Positions 1 to 8,848 of a DNA stretch of 34,198 bases are shown here, piece after piece. The notes beneath the pieces were generated by a model. The model saw nothing but the letters and a program-made list of their open reading frames with translations, made no database searches and was not told where the DNA came from. Each line of letters opens with the position of its first letter. The stretch's first letter is position 1. Made by a program: the position numbers and the translations under genes. Source of the DNA: Nitrosopumilales archaeon (GTDB lineage: Archaea; Thermoproteota; Nitrososphaeria; Nitrososphaerales; Nitrososphaeraceae); the NCBI GenBank assembly GCA_044507735.1, contig JBIQJB010000005.1, positions 1 to 34,198 on the forward strand, in the 5' to 3' direction.

Positions 1-738
1 AGTTCCATGAAAGGGCTGCTGGAACGTTCAACGAGGAGCTGGCCAAGGGCAGCGCACCGCCGCCACATGCACACTAGCGATCATAACTCTCGCCCCGCGC
101 ACACTTGCACGTGCAGTTTGATGCTATCCCCCACTAAGTTCGTCTTGGAAAATAGGAAGACGAATACACACAAAAAGGAACCGAATAGAAAGGCTGTTAC
201 GGAGGCCTCTAGTGGGCTGCTGCAGGTTCGCTATCAGATTAAGAATTGTGCCACACTCTCCCATTTGTCGATCTCTGCTTGGGCGTTCAGTCTCTCCGAA
301 GCACAATCCGAACAATGATGGCGTCAGCATTCTCACAATATTGGTGTTGTCTACATTGGTATGATAATGCCAGCAATTGCAAGAAGCTGCAGCGGCTGAA
401 TACGCACTTAGATGCCTCTCTGTAGGCTTAAGCCTGTGTGTGTATGTGTGTGCCTTTGCCCTATTTCTCTTAAATTTGATCTACTGAGCCAGCGATCAAT
501 TTTTCCCACGAGATGGTGCCATATTACTATCATTGCATATTGCAAGTAGCTTTATGGTATCAATAGTTAATTGCTGTAGCACATCCGACCATGCTTGAGA
601 AATTAAGCAGTTTGGTGTGATATGCATATGCAACAATAACTGAGATCCCAGCGGATGATCTGGTCGTAGGCCAATGATCATGCCTGCCTGATAGTGTCAA
701 TAGTTAAGAGCAAAATATGCCCACTCTATGTTTGTGAT

Positions 739-1032
739 TTGGTCAGAAGAAGATACGATCAACTGAGTTGGCTGGCTTCAAGTTCAAATGGCGAGATAAG
801 CAGGTTAAGCATTATTGTAAAGGATCTGAAGGAGAGACTAGAATCAATCGAGAAAGACCAGCACGACTTGCTGGATAAAGTGAATTCCATAGAAGCAGAG
901 CTTCATCCACACAAACGAGGCAGAAGAAAATCTTCGAAATATGCATGCGACATGTGTTCTGCAAGATTCAAGGATTCGAAGCACCTTCAGAGCCATCGCA
1001 AGGGCGTTCACGGGGCGCCTTACAACATTTAG
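739..1032 (+). CDS. Small coiled-coil protein with a C-terminal classical C2H2 zinc finger
   Basis: YACDMCSARFKDSKHLQSHRKGVH fits Y-x-C-x2-C-x3-F-x5-L-x2-H-x4-H. It is preceded by a heptad-like helix and basic HKRGRRKSSK. Start uncertain: the ORF opens at GTG 694, and TTG 739 was chosen because it lies downstream of TATA-like GTTAAG at 703-708. Confidence 0.75.
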   Translation: MVRRRYDQLSWLASSSNGEISRLSIIVKDLKERLESIEKDQHDLLDKVNSIEAELHPHKRGRRKSSKYACDMCSARFKDSKHLQSHRKGVHGAPYNI

Positions 1033-1159
1033 GCCTTTGTCTGCATTGTCAACAGCGCGATATATGCTTGTATAAGCACAGGAGTGGAGCTTCGACGAAC
1101 CACAACTCCTGCTGCATGCCGGGGCCTCTCTGATAGAGGCCCTTATCAACTAGAATGAA

Positions 1160-1435
1160 GTGCCTAGAGTAGTCATGGTAGAAGATGATGAAAGGATAAA
1201 GACGATGCTTCAGATACTCAAAGCATGTAGAGATGGTAGCACGAAAGTGGAACTTGCAAGAAGGCTTGGACTCTCAAGCTCAATACTAAGAAAGATGACA
1301 GCGGAGCTGACAGACAAGCGATTTCTCATGCATGTCGGCTCCGGACTTTACATGACTACCGACGAGGGATACAAATTCATGGCAGAATCAGAAACTGCAC
1401 GAACCGATCAGGGAATGCACGCCAAGAAGGAGTAG
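1160..1435 (+). CDS. Winged helix-turn-helix transcriptional regulator
   Basis: ILKACRDGSTKVELARRLGLSSSILRKMTAELTDKRFL...YMTTDEGYKF has the typical archaeal wHTH pattern (HTH, then wing YxxTxxG). Confidence 0.75.
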   Translation: MPRVVMVEDDERIKTMLQILKACRDGSTKVELARRLGLSSSILRKMTAELTDKRFLMHVGSGLYMTTDEGYKFMAESETARTDQGMHAKKE

Positions 1436-1612
1436 CCACTGAAATTAGGTTCAAAACCATCTACAACAGGCGCAGATTTGGTTAATCGGAAACTGTGCGG
1501 ATCTATTTTGGATTGATGAGACTGCCTATACCGAGGTCTTTGTACATCACCATCGTGTTTTTCCTTTCGCGCGGTAGAGCAGAAAATACAGCAGAGCTCT
1601 GGCGAATTTCGG

Positions 1613-1780
1613 ATGACTCTACAATTTCATGGCCGACCCTGTGACATTGGTTTTACGGTTGGCTTCTGGGAGTTACCTCGCGCTTCGACAATGACGCGGT
1701 ACGATGCAGAATATGAAGATCAGTTTGCAAAGGACTCCTTTGGAGATTCACATATCATCTTATCTGCTACGTCATATTAG
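1613..1780 (+). CDS. Possible 55-aa hypothetical protein
   Basis: Hand-translated ATG ORF MTLQFHGRPCDIGFTVGFWELPRASTMTRYDAEYEDQFAKDSFGDSHIILSATSY. It fills an otherwise empty gap and is followed by a hairpin. No recognised family. Confidence 0.3.
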   Translation: MTLQFHGRPCDIGFTVGFWELPRASTMTRYDAEYEDQFAKDSFGDSHIILSATSY

Positions 1781-1794
1781 ATGAAAAAATTACA

Positions 1795-1822
1795 AGACCG
1801 GATTGTGTTGCATTTCCGGTCT
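1795..1822. terminator. Inverted repeat (AGACCGGA-N12-TCCGGTCT) between convergent genes; possible terminator or stability hairpin
   Basis: Perfect 8-bp arms visible in the sequence; function inferred from position. Confidence 0.3.
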
Positions 1823-1878
1823 ACTTTGTGACTCGGGATCTTGATGTGGACAAAAGCCCTGTATTTTTTCTCTTCTTG

Positions 1879-2436
1879 TTATTTCCGTAGGGTCTTCAGT
1901 GCAGTTGCCCATGAAACGACTTGGTCCAACATGGTATTGACCGATTTTTCTTGGTATGGGGCAGGTTTGAAGACACTGAAGTCCTCAAAGTCTGTAAAGA
2001 GTGAAAGCTGCACCTGAGCACGTACGGTAGCCACCTGCATTTCTGCCATCACCAAGCGCAGCTGTTCAACGGCACGTACGCCTCCTGCACTGCCATAGCC
2101 AACGAAACCAGCAACCTTGTTGTTCCACTCTTTGTAAAGGAAGTCAATGGCGTTCTTGAGCGCTCCGGGTATCCCGTGGTTGTACTCTGGCGTCACGAAT
2201 ACAAACGCATCAAAGGAATCGATTTTTGCCGCCCATTTTTTCGTATGTTCTTTGGAGTATACGCCTCGTGATGGCGGAACTGGCTCGTCCAGCAACGGTA
2301 GGCCATACTCTTTGATATCCACATACTCAAACTCAGCGTCGGCACGCCTCTTCGCAATATCAAAAACCCATTTTGCTACTGCCTCTCCGTTTCTTCCCGG
2401 CCGGGTGCTCCCAAGGATGATGGCAATTCTTAGCAC
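1879..2436 (-). CDS. NAD(P)H-dependent FMN reductase (flavodoxin-like, FMN_red family)
   Basis: GSTRPGRNG phosphate loop, FVTPEYNHGIPGALKNAID and GYGSAGGVRAVEQLR motifs; GTG start with a strong SD. Confidence 0.92.
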   Translation of the reverse strand: MLRIAIILGSTRPGRNGEAVAKWVFDIAKRRADAEFEYVDIKEYGLPLLDEPVPPSRGVYSKEHTKKWAAKIDSFDAFVFVTPEYNHGIPGALKNAIDFLYKEWNNKVAGFVGYGSAGGVRAVEQLRLVMAEMQVATVRAQVQLSLFTDFEDFSVFKPAPYQEKSVNTMLDQVVSWATALKTLRK

Positions 2437-2445
2437 CTACTATGT

Positions 2446-2453
2446 CTCCTCCT
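2446..2453 (-). promoter_or_regulatory. Shine-Dalgarno sequence AGGAGGAG for the FMN reductase gene
   Basis: Lies 9 nt upstream of the GTG start at 2436 on the minus strand. Confidence 0.6.
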
Positions 2454-2853
2454 ATCACTGTTGTTGGATAGTCCAATCTGAGCCGATTGCATTACTAAAA
2501 ATAAGACCGATCACATGATATTAAAGGAGAACAATTTCGGGTTCCGTCAAGCCTTTCATCGCGAATTTTGCAGCATCACTGTTCAAACGATCAATGACTT
2601 TACAGTATCCCGTACCTGGAATTTTGACAACGGCCTTCTCTTCGCCAGATACCGGATGGCGCAAAGAGATCTCTGCTCTCAGACTCTCTTGCTTTCAATA
2701 TCTGCAACTGTTGAATTGTCTTCACTAGATTTCTGACCCGGTTCTTGCCATGTTGAATCAATTTTCTATCTCTGTGTGCAAGAACTGGGATTGCGGTTTG
2801 TTTTCGCTGACATTACAGATATTAGCCCGTACACGTCATCTGCACAAGGACAA

Positions 2854-3612
2854 TTGAAAAAGGCGCTTTTGATAGTCGACAGGGGGAGCAGGGAGCCTGA
2901 TGTGCGGCAGGAACTGGAGGAGATCTGTTCGCTCGTCAAGAGCCGCGCGGGCTACGATTTTGCAGAGTATTGCTTCCTTGAAGTGCTACCTCCATTCATA
3001 AAGGATGGCATCGCCAAGTGTATAGCAAGTGGCGCCGATTTCATCACTGTGATGCCTTATTTCCTCTATCCTGGCATGAAGCTCAAAGACACCGTCAAAC
3101 ATAGCGCCAGAATTGCAAGAGATCAGAGGACGAAGTTAGCGATTACGAAGCCCCTCGCCTATCATCCAATGATGGCGCAATTGATAATAGAAAGAATCAG
3201 AGATCTGAAGAAGGACAAAGGCATCGATTATCCTGACCACGAATGCGATGTGGTCTTGATAGGACATGGCAGTAGCGACAAGAATGCACGCGACGCATTT
3301 ATCCATTCCGCAAACGCAATTAGGCCGCACTACCGGAATGTCCACTTTTGCTTTCTGGAGCTAGACCGTCCAAACATAGAGGAAGGAATCGGACAGGCCA
3401 TCGCCACAAAACCAAGCATAATACTAATGATGCCTTATTTCCTGCACAGGGGTGCGCACATAAAAACAGATGTTGTCAAGGACGTAGAAACCGCACTTGC
3501 AAAGTATGATTTCAAGAATGCATTCATGGCTCGTCACCTTGGAGTGGATGAAAAGCTGGTTGATCTGGTCGTGGAGAGAGCAAGAGAGGTGGAGCAGCGG
3601 CTTGGCGTCTGA
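2854..3612 (+). CDS. cbiX: Sirohydrochlorin cobaltochelatase CbiX (two-domain form)
   Basis: Duplicated CbiX domain (DRGS...CFLEVLPP...MPYFL and GHGS...CFLELDRP...MPYFLHRGAH); adjacent to cbiC. Start likely TTG 2854. Confidence 0.88.
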   Translation: MKKALLIVDRGSREPDVRQELEEICSLVKSRAGYDFAEYCFLEVLPPFIKDGIAKCIASGADFITVMPYFLYPGMKLKDTVKHSARIARDQRTKLAITKPLAYHPMMAQLIIERIRDLKKDKGIDYPDHECDVVLIGHGSSDKNARDAFIHSANAIRPHYRNVHFCFLELDRPNIEEGIGQAIATKPSIILMMPYFLHRGAHIKTDVVKDVETALAKYDFKNAFMARHLGVDEKLVDLVVERAREVEQRLGV

Positions 3613-3640
3613 GCACATCGGTACTGCGTCCAGTAGAGCA

Positions 3641-4282
3641 ATGGCGGAGAGAGCATTTGAAATAGAGAAGAGGAGCTTTGAGATAATTGATTCCGAAGTT
3701 GGCAAGCACGACTACAACAAGTTGGAGTGGGCGATTGTCAGGCGGGTCATACATGCGACAGCAGACTTCGACTTTGCCGGCAAGGGTAGAATCCTCTTTC
3801 ACGAAAAAGCAATAGAGTCTGCCCTTGATGCGATAAGAAGAAAATGCACGATTGTTACCGACGTAGACATGGTGCTCGCTGCCATAAACAAGAAATCGGT
3901 CGCCGATCTTGGGTTGAGGACTGTGTGCTACATTTCTGACTCCCGTCTTGCAGAAGAGTCGCGCAAGACGGGCAGGACGAGGTCAGAGCTTGCCATGCGC
4001 CAGGCGGCTAAGGATATGGAGGGAGGTATTGTGGTCATTGGCAACGCTCCCACCGCACTATACGAAGTGGTCAGCATGATAAAGGAAAGCGTTACAAAGC
4101 CTGCTCTTGTTGTAGGAATACCTGTGGGATTTGTCTCTGCTCCAGAATCAAAGGAAGAGCTTTCCAAGATGAGCACCATTCCATTTATCACCAACATTGG
4201 GAGAAAAGGTGGAAGCCCTGCTGCTTCTTCTATAGTAAATGCTATCCTCTTGCTGGCAAAGTCGTCGTCATCATCTATGTGA
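3641..4282 (+). CDS. cbiC: Precorrin-8X/cobalt-precorrin-8 methylmutase
   Basis: IEKRSFEII, RRVIHATADF, TRS, IGNAPTAL, GIPVGFVSAPESK and GRKGGS motifs. Alternative start TTG 3602. Confidence 0.95.
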   Translation: MAERAFEIEKRSFEIIDSEVGKHDYNKLEWAIVRRVIHATADFDFAGKGRILFHEKAIESALDAIRRKCTIVTDVDMVLAAINKKSVADLGLRTVCYISDSRLAEESRKTGRTRSELAMRQAAKDMEGGIVVIGNAPTALYEVVSMIKESVTKPALVVGIPVGFVSAPESKEELSKMSTIPFITNIGRKGGSPAASSIVNAILLLAKSSSSSM

Positions 4283-5674
4283 ATAGGCAATGCACGCCCG
4301 CACTAGCCTGCTGGCAAGCTTGTTGTTAGCGAAATGCAAATGCATGTATGCGGCAAGACCGTTTTCACTTACGATCAAGCCATCTTTTTCTCCTGTTATG
4401 CCTATGCCTTTTTTCATAGTGTACGCAAATCTTGCATCTGGTGCCACATCTTCGATCGATGAATAATGGAACTCATGGCCGTGCAAGAGGGCTTTTCCAA
4501 AGAGTGGTCCGTTGCATTGAGCTTCTGTATAGTTGAGCGTCGGCCTTCGTGTCATAAGGGTATCTGCATCCACAATTCCCGTCATTCTTCTGGCTCTCTT
4601 CTCTCCTAGGTATCCTCTTATCGAACGTGTAAGGTACATGAGACCGCCGCATTCTCCATACACTGGCATTCCGTCGTAAACTGCATTTCTTACCGATTTT
4701 ATCATCGATCTGTTCTTTTCAAGCTGGTCGGCAAGAACTTCTGGAAAGCCTCCTCCAAGGATAATGCCACTGATGCCTTCTGGCAACTTCTTATCTTGTA
4801 TGGGACTGAAGAATGCTAGCTCTGCACCGCTTATCCTAAGTGTGTCAAGATTGTCTGCATAGTAAAAGTTGAACGATGCGTCTAGAGCAACAGCAATTTT
4901 GACTTTCTTGGGAAGTGTGTGGCTGACTGGCGCATCAGGAAGATCACCTCTGCCGCAAATACGCAAGATCTTGTCAATAGATATGTGGTCAGCAACAGAC
5001 CTAGCAGCAGCGACTAGTGCTTTCCTCCTTGCTTCTTGTAGCTCGTGGGCAGGTACAAGGCCAAGATGGCGCTCTTCCATCCTCATCTCGCTATTGCGCC
5101 TTATGATGCCAAGCACTGGTGCCTTGATCTTGTTGGCAAATGCGTCAGTGATATAGCGTTCATGTCTGTCACTTGCGACATTGTTGACGATTATCCCGGC
5201 TATCTTTAGACTCTTGTCAAAATGCAAGAATCCAAGGACCATTGCAGCTATGGACCTGGCGCTCCTGCTCGCATCTACTACGAGTATGACTGGTGCATCA
5301 AGGATCTTGGCCACGTGGGCCGTGCTTGCAAAGTCGTTTCTGCCAGACATGCCATCAAACAGCCCCATGACTCCCTCTATTACTGCAACGTCCGCACCTT
5401 GACAAGCATTCGTAAAACAGTCGATCACACCTTGCTTTCCCATCATCCACACGTCAAGGTTGCGCGATTGCCTCTTTGTGACAAAGCTATGGTACGAGGG
5501 ATCGATAAAATCCGGCCCCACTTTGAAGGGCTGGACTTTGAGACCCTTCTTGCTCAGGGCATACATGATTGATATTGCAATAGTTGTCTTGCCTACTCCG
5601 CTTGTGACCCCTGCAATGATGATTCGTCGTATGGGCTGCTGCGCCAACGGGAGTAATTGTGGTCTTGACTGCAA
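4271..5674 (-). CDS. cbiA: Cobyrinate a,c-diamide synthase
   Basis: SGVGKTT P-loop, FKVGPDFIDP, EGVMGLFDG, ERHLGL, and glutaminase motifs GECGG, GHEFHYS and YMHLHF. Confidence 0.95.
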   Translation of the reverse strand: MQSRPQLLPLAQQPIRRIIIAGVTSGVGKTTIAISIMYALSKKGLKVQPFKVGPDFIDPSYHSFVTKRQSRNLDVWMMGKQGVIDCFTNACQGADVAVIEGVMGLFDGMSGRNDFASTAHVAKILDAPVILVVDASRSARSIAAMVLGFLHFDKSLKIAGIIVNNVASDRHERYITDAFANKIKAPVLGIIRRNSEMRMEERHLGLVPAHELQEARRKALVAAARSVADHISIDKILRICGRGDLPDAPVSHTLPKKVKIAVALDASFNFYYADNLDTLRISGAELAFFSPIQDKKLPEGISGIILGGGFPEVLADQLEKNRSMIKSVRNAVYDGMPVYGECGGLMYLTRSIRGYLGEKRARRMTGIVDADTLMTRRPTLNYTEAQCNGPLFGKALLHGHEFHYSSIEDVAPDARFAYTMKKGIGITGEKDGLIVSENGLAAYMHLHFANNKLASRLVRACIAYSHR

Positions 5675-5727
5675 CTTTAAGTTTTTAGATTGATTTTTAT
5701 CTTTATGTCGCTACAACCTGACTACAG

Positions 5728-6261
5728 ATGCCTGAAAGAGGTCTCGTCATTGTATACACGGGAAAGGGAAAGGGCAAGACAACTGCAGCTCTGGGCATCG
5801 TTTTGCGAGCAGTCGGACATGGCTACAAGGTAGGCATGATCCAGTTCATCAAGGGTGAATGGTATTATGGTGAGCTCACAAGCTCAAAGAGACTCGAGCC
5901 GGAATTTGAGATGATAGCAGCCGGTAAAGGATTTGTGGGCATAATCGACGATGACCATCCAATCGAAGACCACCAGAAGGCGGCTGCACACGCAGTTGAG
6001 CTCGCAAAGCAAAAACTCGCATCTGGAGCTTACGACATTCTGATACTAGACGAAATAAACTATGCCGCAAAACTGAAGCTAATCTCTGAACAAGACATAC
6101 TCGACATCATTGCTGCGAAGCCGGAAAGGACGAGCCTTGTGCTGACAGGCAATTATGCACCAGAATCGGTCATAGCAATAGCAGACCTTGTAACAGAAAT
6201 GAAAGAGATCAAGCACCCATATCAGAAGGGGACCAAGGCTAAGAAGGGCATCGATTTCTAG
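5728..6261 (+). CDS. cobO: Cob(I)yrinic acid a,c-diamide adenosyltransferase (CobO/BtuR/CobA type)
   Basis: YTGKGKGKTTAALG, QFIKG, ILDEI, LTG and ADLVTEMKEIKHP...GIDF motifs. Confidence 0.95.
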   Translation: MPERGLVIVYTGKGKGKTTAALGIVLRAVGHGYKVGMIQFIKGEWYYGELTSSKRLEPEFEMIAAGKGFVGIIDDDHPIEDHQKAAAHAVELAKQKLASGAYDILILDEINYAAKLKLISEQDILDIIAAKPERTSLVLTGNYAPESVIAIADLVTEMKEIKHPYQKGTKAKKGIDF

Positions 6262-6756
6262 GACTTGTTTGCCTTCCTCTCAACATTGGCTTCTTGGCTT
6301 TGAAGGAAAAGACAACAAGAGGAGAAGAATAGCAGGGACAAGGAAAAGGAATACGACATTGGTCGAGTGGCTGCAACAACTAAGAGTTCTGGAATCTTGC
6401 TTCTTTAGTCTGGAGACGCTGCCAAGAATATATCAGGGGCAGTCAAATCAGAAGGGAAATCTAAGAGCAAGGGCAAGTGAAAAGCAAAAGAGTATGACTG
6501 CTGGAAAGATGAGAAAAAATAACCCTGATGGAGCTGCGCGGCAGGGGCAGGAGGGCAACCCTGCATCCTGTGTTGGAGAGATTCCTGAAAACAGATAACA
6601 CAATTTCGGCGGATTGTGTCGGTGTGATCCACTATCTAGAACATAGACGTTGATGGGAACAAAGCATAGCTGGCCAACAGGGGCAGCACACTTGACTATC
6701 GCGGCAAAGGAACTGCCTCTGCCACGTGCTCTTGTAGCAACCTTAAAGTATGCCAT
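6258..6756 (-). pseudogene. Probable decayed membrane-protein gene
   Basis: Hydrophobic TM-like segments (GLFFLIFPAVILFCFSLALAL; VFLFLVPAILLLL) separated by stops. A basic tail (VFSFKAKKPMLRKANKS*) in another frame ends overlapping the cobO stop. Confidence 0.35.
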
Positions 6757-6784
6757 TTGCTCGGTGTAACGTAACACTCAGAAA

Positions 6785-7597
6785 ATGACTGCCACGGACG
6801 AAGTTCAGCGACTTCCAGAGGAGGGAGAGATTGTCATCGCTACTGTCAAGGAGGTCACTGGTCATGGCGCATACGTCACGCTGGACGAATACAACAACAT
6901 GACAGGCTTTTTGCATATCTCAGAGATTGCGACTGGTTGGATCAGAAACGTTGAACGCTACGTCAGACCAAAGCAAAAAGCAGTCCTCAAGGTCATCAGG
7001 GTCAACAAGACCAGAGGAGAAGTCGACACTTCGCTCAAGCAGGTCTCCGGTGAGGAACGCAAGTCCAAGCTGATAGAAGTAAAGAAGAATGAAAAGGCGA
7101 CTGCATTCATGGAGTTTATCAAATCCAAGCTGAGTCTTACAAATGAGCAGGTCGCCGAAATAGAAGAAAAGATACTTCAGAAATACGATTACATTTACGA
7201 TGCCTTTGAAGCAGTTGCAAGGAAAGGGCCAGAAGCCATACAAAACATCGATCTTGCTCCAGAAGTCAAAGCCGCGATCCAAGAAGAAAGCAACAAGATC
7301 CAAGTGCCACAGGTAGAAGTCAGAGGAATAATGGAAATCTCTTCCAAAAAACCAGATGGCATTGAGATAATCAAGAATATCCTTGCAGGCGCGGAGACCA
7401 GTAAGGGGGGCGCAACGACCACCGTGACATACGTTGGTGCGCCGAGATACAGAATTGTAGTGACTGCCGAGAACTTCAAGGTTGCTGAAAAGTCAATGAA
7501 CAACGCAGTCGAGAAGATCCGTTCTGCCATCGAAAAGCAGCATGGATCCTTTAACTTTATACGGGAAGAGTCGAAAAAGTCTCACCAGGCTGGTTAG
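6785..7597 (+). CDS. eif2a: Translation initiation factor aIF-2 subunit alpha
   Basis: LPEEGEIVIATVKEV...GAYVTLDEY...LHISEIATGWIRN S1 domain and YVGAPRYRI; followed by nop10. Confidence 0.96.
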   Translation: MTATDEVQRLPEEGEIVIATVKEVTGHGAYVTLDEYNNMTGFLHISEIATGWIRNVERYVRPKQKAVLKVIRVNKTRGEVDTSLKQVSGEERKSKLIEVKKNEKATAFMEFIKSKLSLTNEQVAEIEEKILQKYDYIYDAFEAVARKGPEAIQNIDLAPEVKAAIQEESNKIQVPQVEVRGIMEISSKKPDGIEIIKNILAGAETSKGGATTTVTYVGAPRYRIVVTAENFKVAEKSMNNAVEKIRSAIEKQHGSFNFIREESKKSHQAG

Positions 7598-7602
7598 GCA
7601 AA

Positions 7603-7767
7603 GTGAAGCATCTTCTGCGCAAGTGCCCTGCTTGCAGTACTTATACGATGAAGCAAGAATGTCCAAAATGCAAGGCTGCCACAACGGATCCGCATCCGCC
7701 AAAATATTCGCCTGATGACAAGTATGCTCGATACAGGATAGCAGACAGGTATGCAGATAGTCCCTGA
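7603..7767 (+). CDS. nop10: H/ACA RNP protein Nop10 (54 aa, not in the ORF track)
   Basis: Hand translation MKHLLRKCPACSTYTMKQECPKCKAATTDPHPPKYSPDDKYARYRIADRYADSP; conserved position after aIF-2alpha. Confidence 0.95.
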   Translation: MKHLLRKCPACSTYTMKQECPKCKAATTDPHPPKYSPDDKYARYRIADRYADSP

Positions 7768-7798
7768 CAAGGATTATAAGTAAACTTACACGCATTGA

Positions 7799-8839
7799 AT
7801 GCGGATGCGTTTTGCAATAGCGGGTGCAGGCGTCGCTGGAAGCTATCTTGGTAGCATGCTTCAAAAGCGTGGTCATGATGTAGAAATTTTCGAGGCTTCC
7901 AAGAAAGAAAACCATTGGCCCGTCTGCGCGTGGGGCGCATCAAAGTATATGCTTGAAAAGTTTTCAAAACAAGCAGGGCTTGACTTTGCAAGCTACGTCT
8001 TCCACATCGGTCAACGGCTAAGAATGGAGCTGCCAAATGACAACAGGGAGTATCTTGACCTCAAGGGCTTGGTGACATACGACAAACACCGATGGGAAAA
8101 CGATCTGCGGAAAGATGTTAAGATAAGGTTTGGTTTCAAGGTAACACGAGAATCATTTCCATTCGGCGAGTATGATTACGTGCTCGATTGCACTGGCCTG
8201 CACAGGACGCTTTTGCCAAGATCAAGTGAAGACTTCTTGATACCTGCGTATGAATATCTGCTAGAGGGTGTAAAGGGAATTGATGAGTTTTACGTAATTG
8301 GCTACAAAGGTGCCAAGGGGTACTTCTGGTATTTTCCTCTTGATAACTCCAGAGGATATATGGGAGCAGGGGACGTACAGAAAAAGTACTTTGGTGTTCA
8401 AGAATTTTTCAGAGAGCATCCTGAAGCAAAGATAGTGAAAAAGATCGGAAGGCCGATCAGGCTCGCTCCGCCCAAACGTATGGAGCCTTTTTTCGATGGC
8501 AAAATAATAGGCGTCGGTGAGTCGATAGGGTGTGTTTTTCCGATGCTGGGCGAAGGTATAATCCCTTCGCTTATTTGCTGCGATATTTTCTTAGATGTCC
8601 TTGACAGGAGCTCGGGAAAGAATTTTGACATCAAGCTTTACCGGAAAAGGGTGCTTGACCGGTTCGATTATTATGATGACGTTTATCGTATAGTCCGGCT
8701 AAAGATGGATGGCAAGCTGAGCACAATCAGACATATGAAGCTCATGATGAGCATGTACCACAACATGAAAAAAGAGGAAAAACGCTTCGGGTTTGAAGTC
8801 AGCCTAGACAAGATGACACGACTGGTAAACGCTTTATAG
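7799..8839 (+). CDS. Geranylgeranyl-reductase-family FAD-dependent oxidoreductase
   Basis: GAGVAG Rossmann motif, DCTG, GYFWYFP (YxWxFP) and GESIGCVFPMLGEGI. Confidence 0.82.
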   Translation: MRMRFAIAGAGVAGSYLGSMLQKRGHDVEIFEASKKENHWPVCAWGASKYMLEKFSKQAGLDFASYVFHIGQRLRMELPNDNREYLDLKGLVTYDKHRWENDLRKDVKIRFGFKVTRESFPFGEYDYVLDCTGLHRTLLPRSSEDFLIPAYEYLLEGVKGIDEFYVIGYKGAKGYFWYFPLDNSRGYMGAGDVQKKYFGVQEFFREHPEAKIVKKIGRPIRLAPPKRMEPFFDGKIIGVGESIGCVFPMLGEGIIPSLICCDIFLDVLDRSSGKNFDIKLYRKRVLDRFDYYDDVYRIVRLKMDGKLSTIRHMKLMMSMYHNMKKEEKRFGFEVSLDKMTRLVNAL

Positions 8840-8848
8840 CGAGCATAG

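Noticed and set aside
1-420. ORFs 7..318 (+) and 124..336 (-); minus-strand hydrophobic fragments (MRIQPLQLLAIAGIIIPM*)
   Set aside because: No recognisable family and multiple stops; possibly a decayed membrane gene but unsupported.
945-1133. CLHCQQRDICLYKHR in a shifted frame as a second zinc finger reached by frameshifting
   Set aside because: Spacing does not fit C2H2 and I see no slippery sequence.
2515-2810. ORF 2515..2736 (+) and minus-strand fragment AEISLRHPVSGEEKAVVKIPGTGYCKVIDRL...
   Set aside because: No start or family support; at most an unidentifiable remnant.
2776-2853. N-terminal extensions given by the ORF track for cbiX (also cbiC 3497 and HIT 30826)
   Set aside because: They precede the conserved domain starts or overlap neighbouring genes or promoters; downstream starts fit better.
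5640-5730. Cobalamin riboswitch near the cob genes
   Set aside because: The intergenic space is too short and no B12-box is seen.
6269-6598. Basic 109-aa plus-strand ORF after cobO
   Set aside because: Its composition looks like the antisense shadow of the hydrophobic minus-strand remnant.
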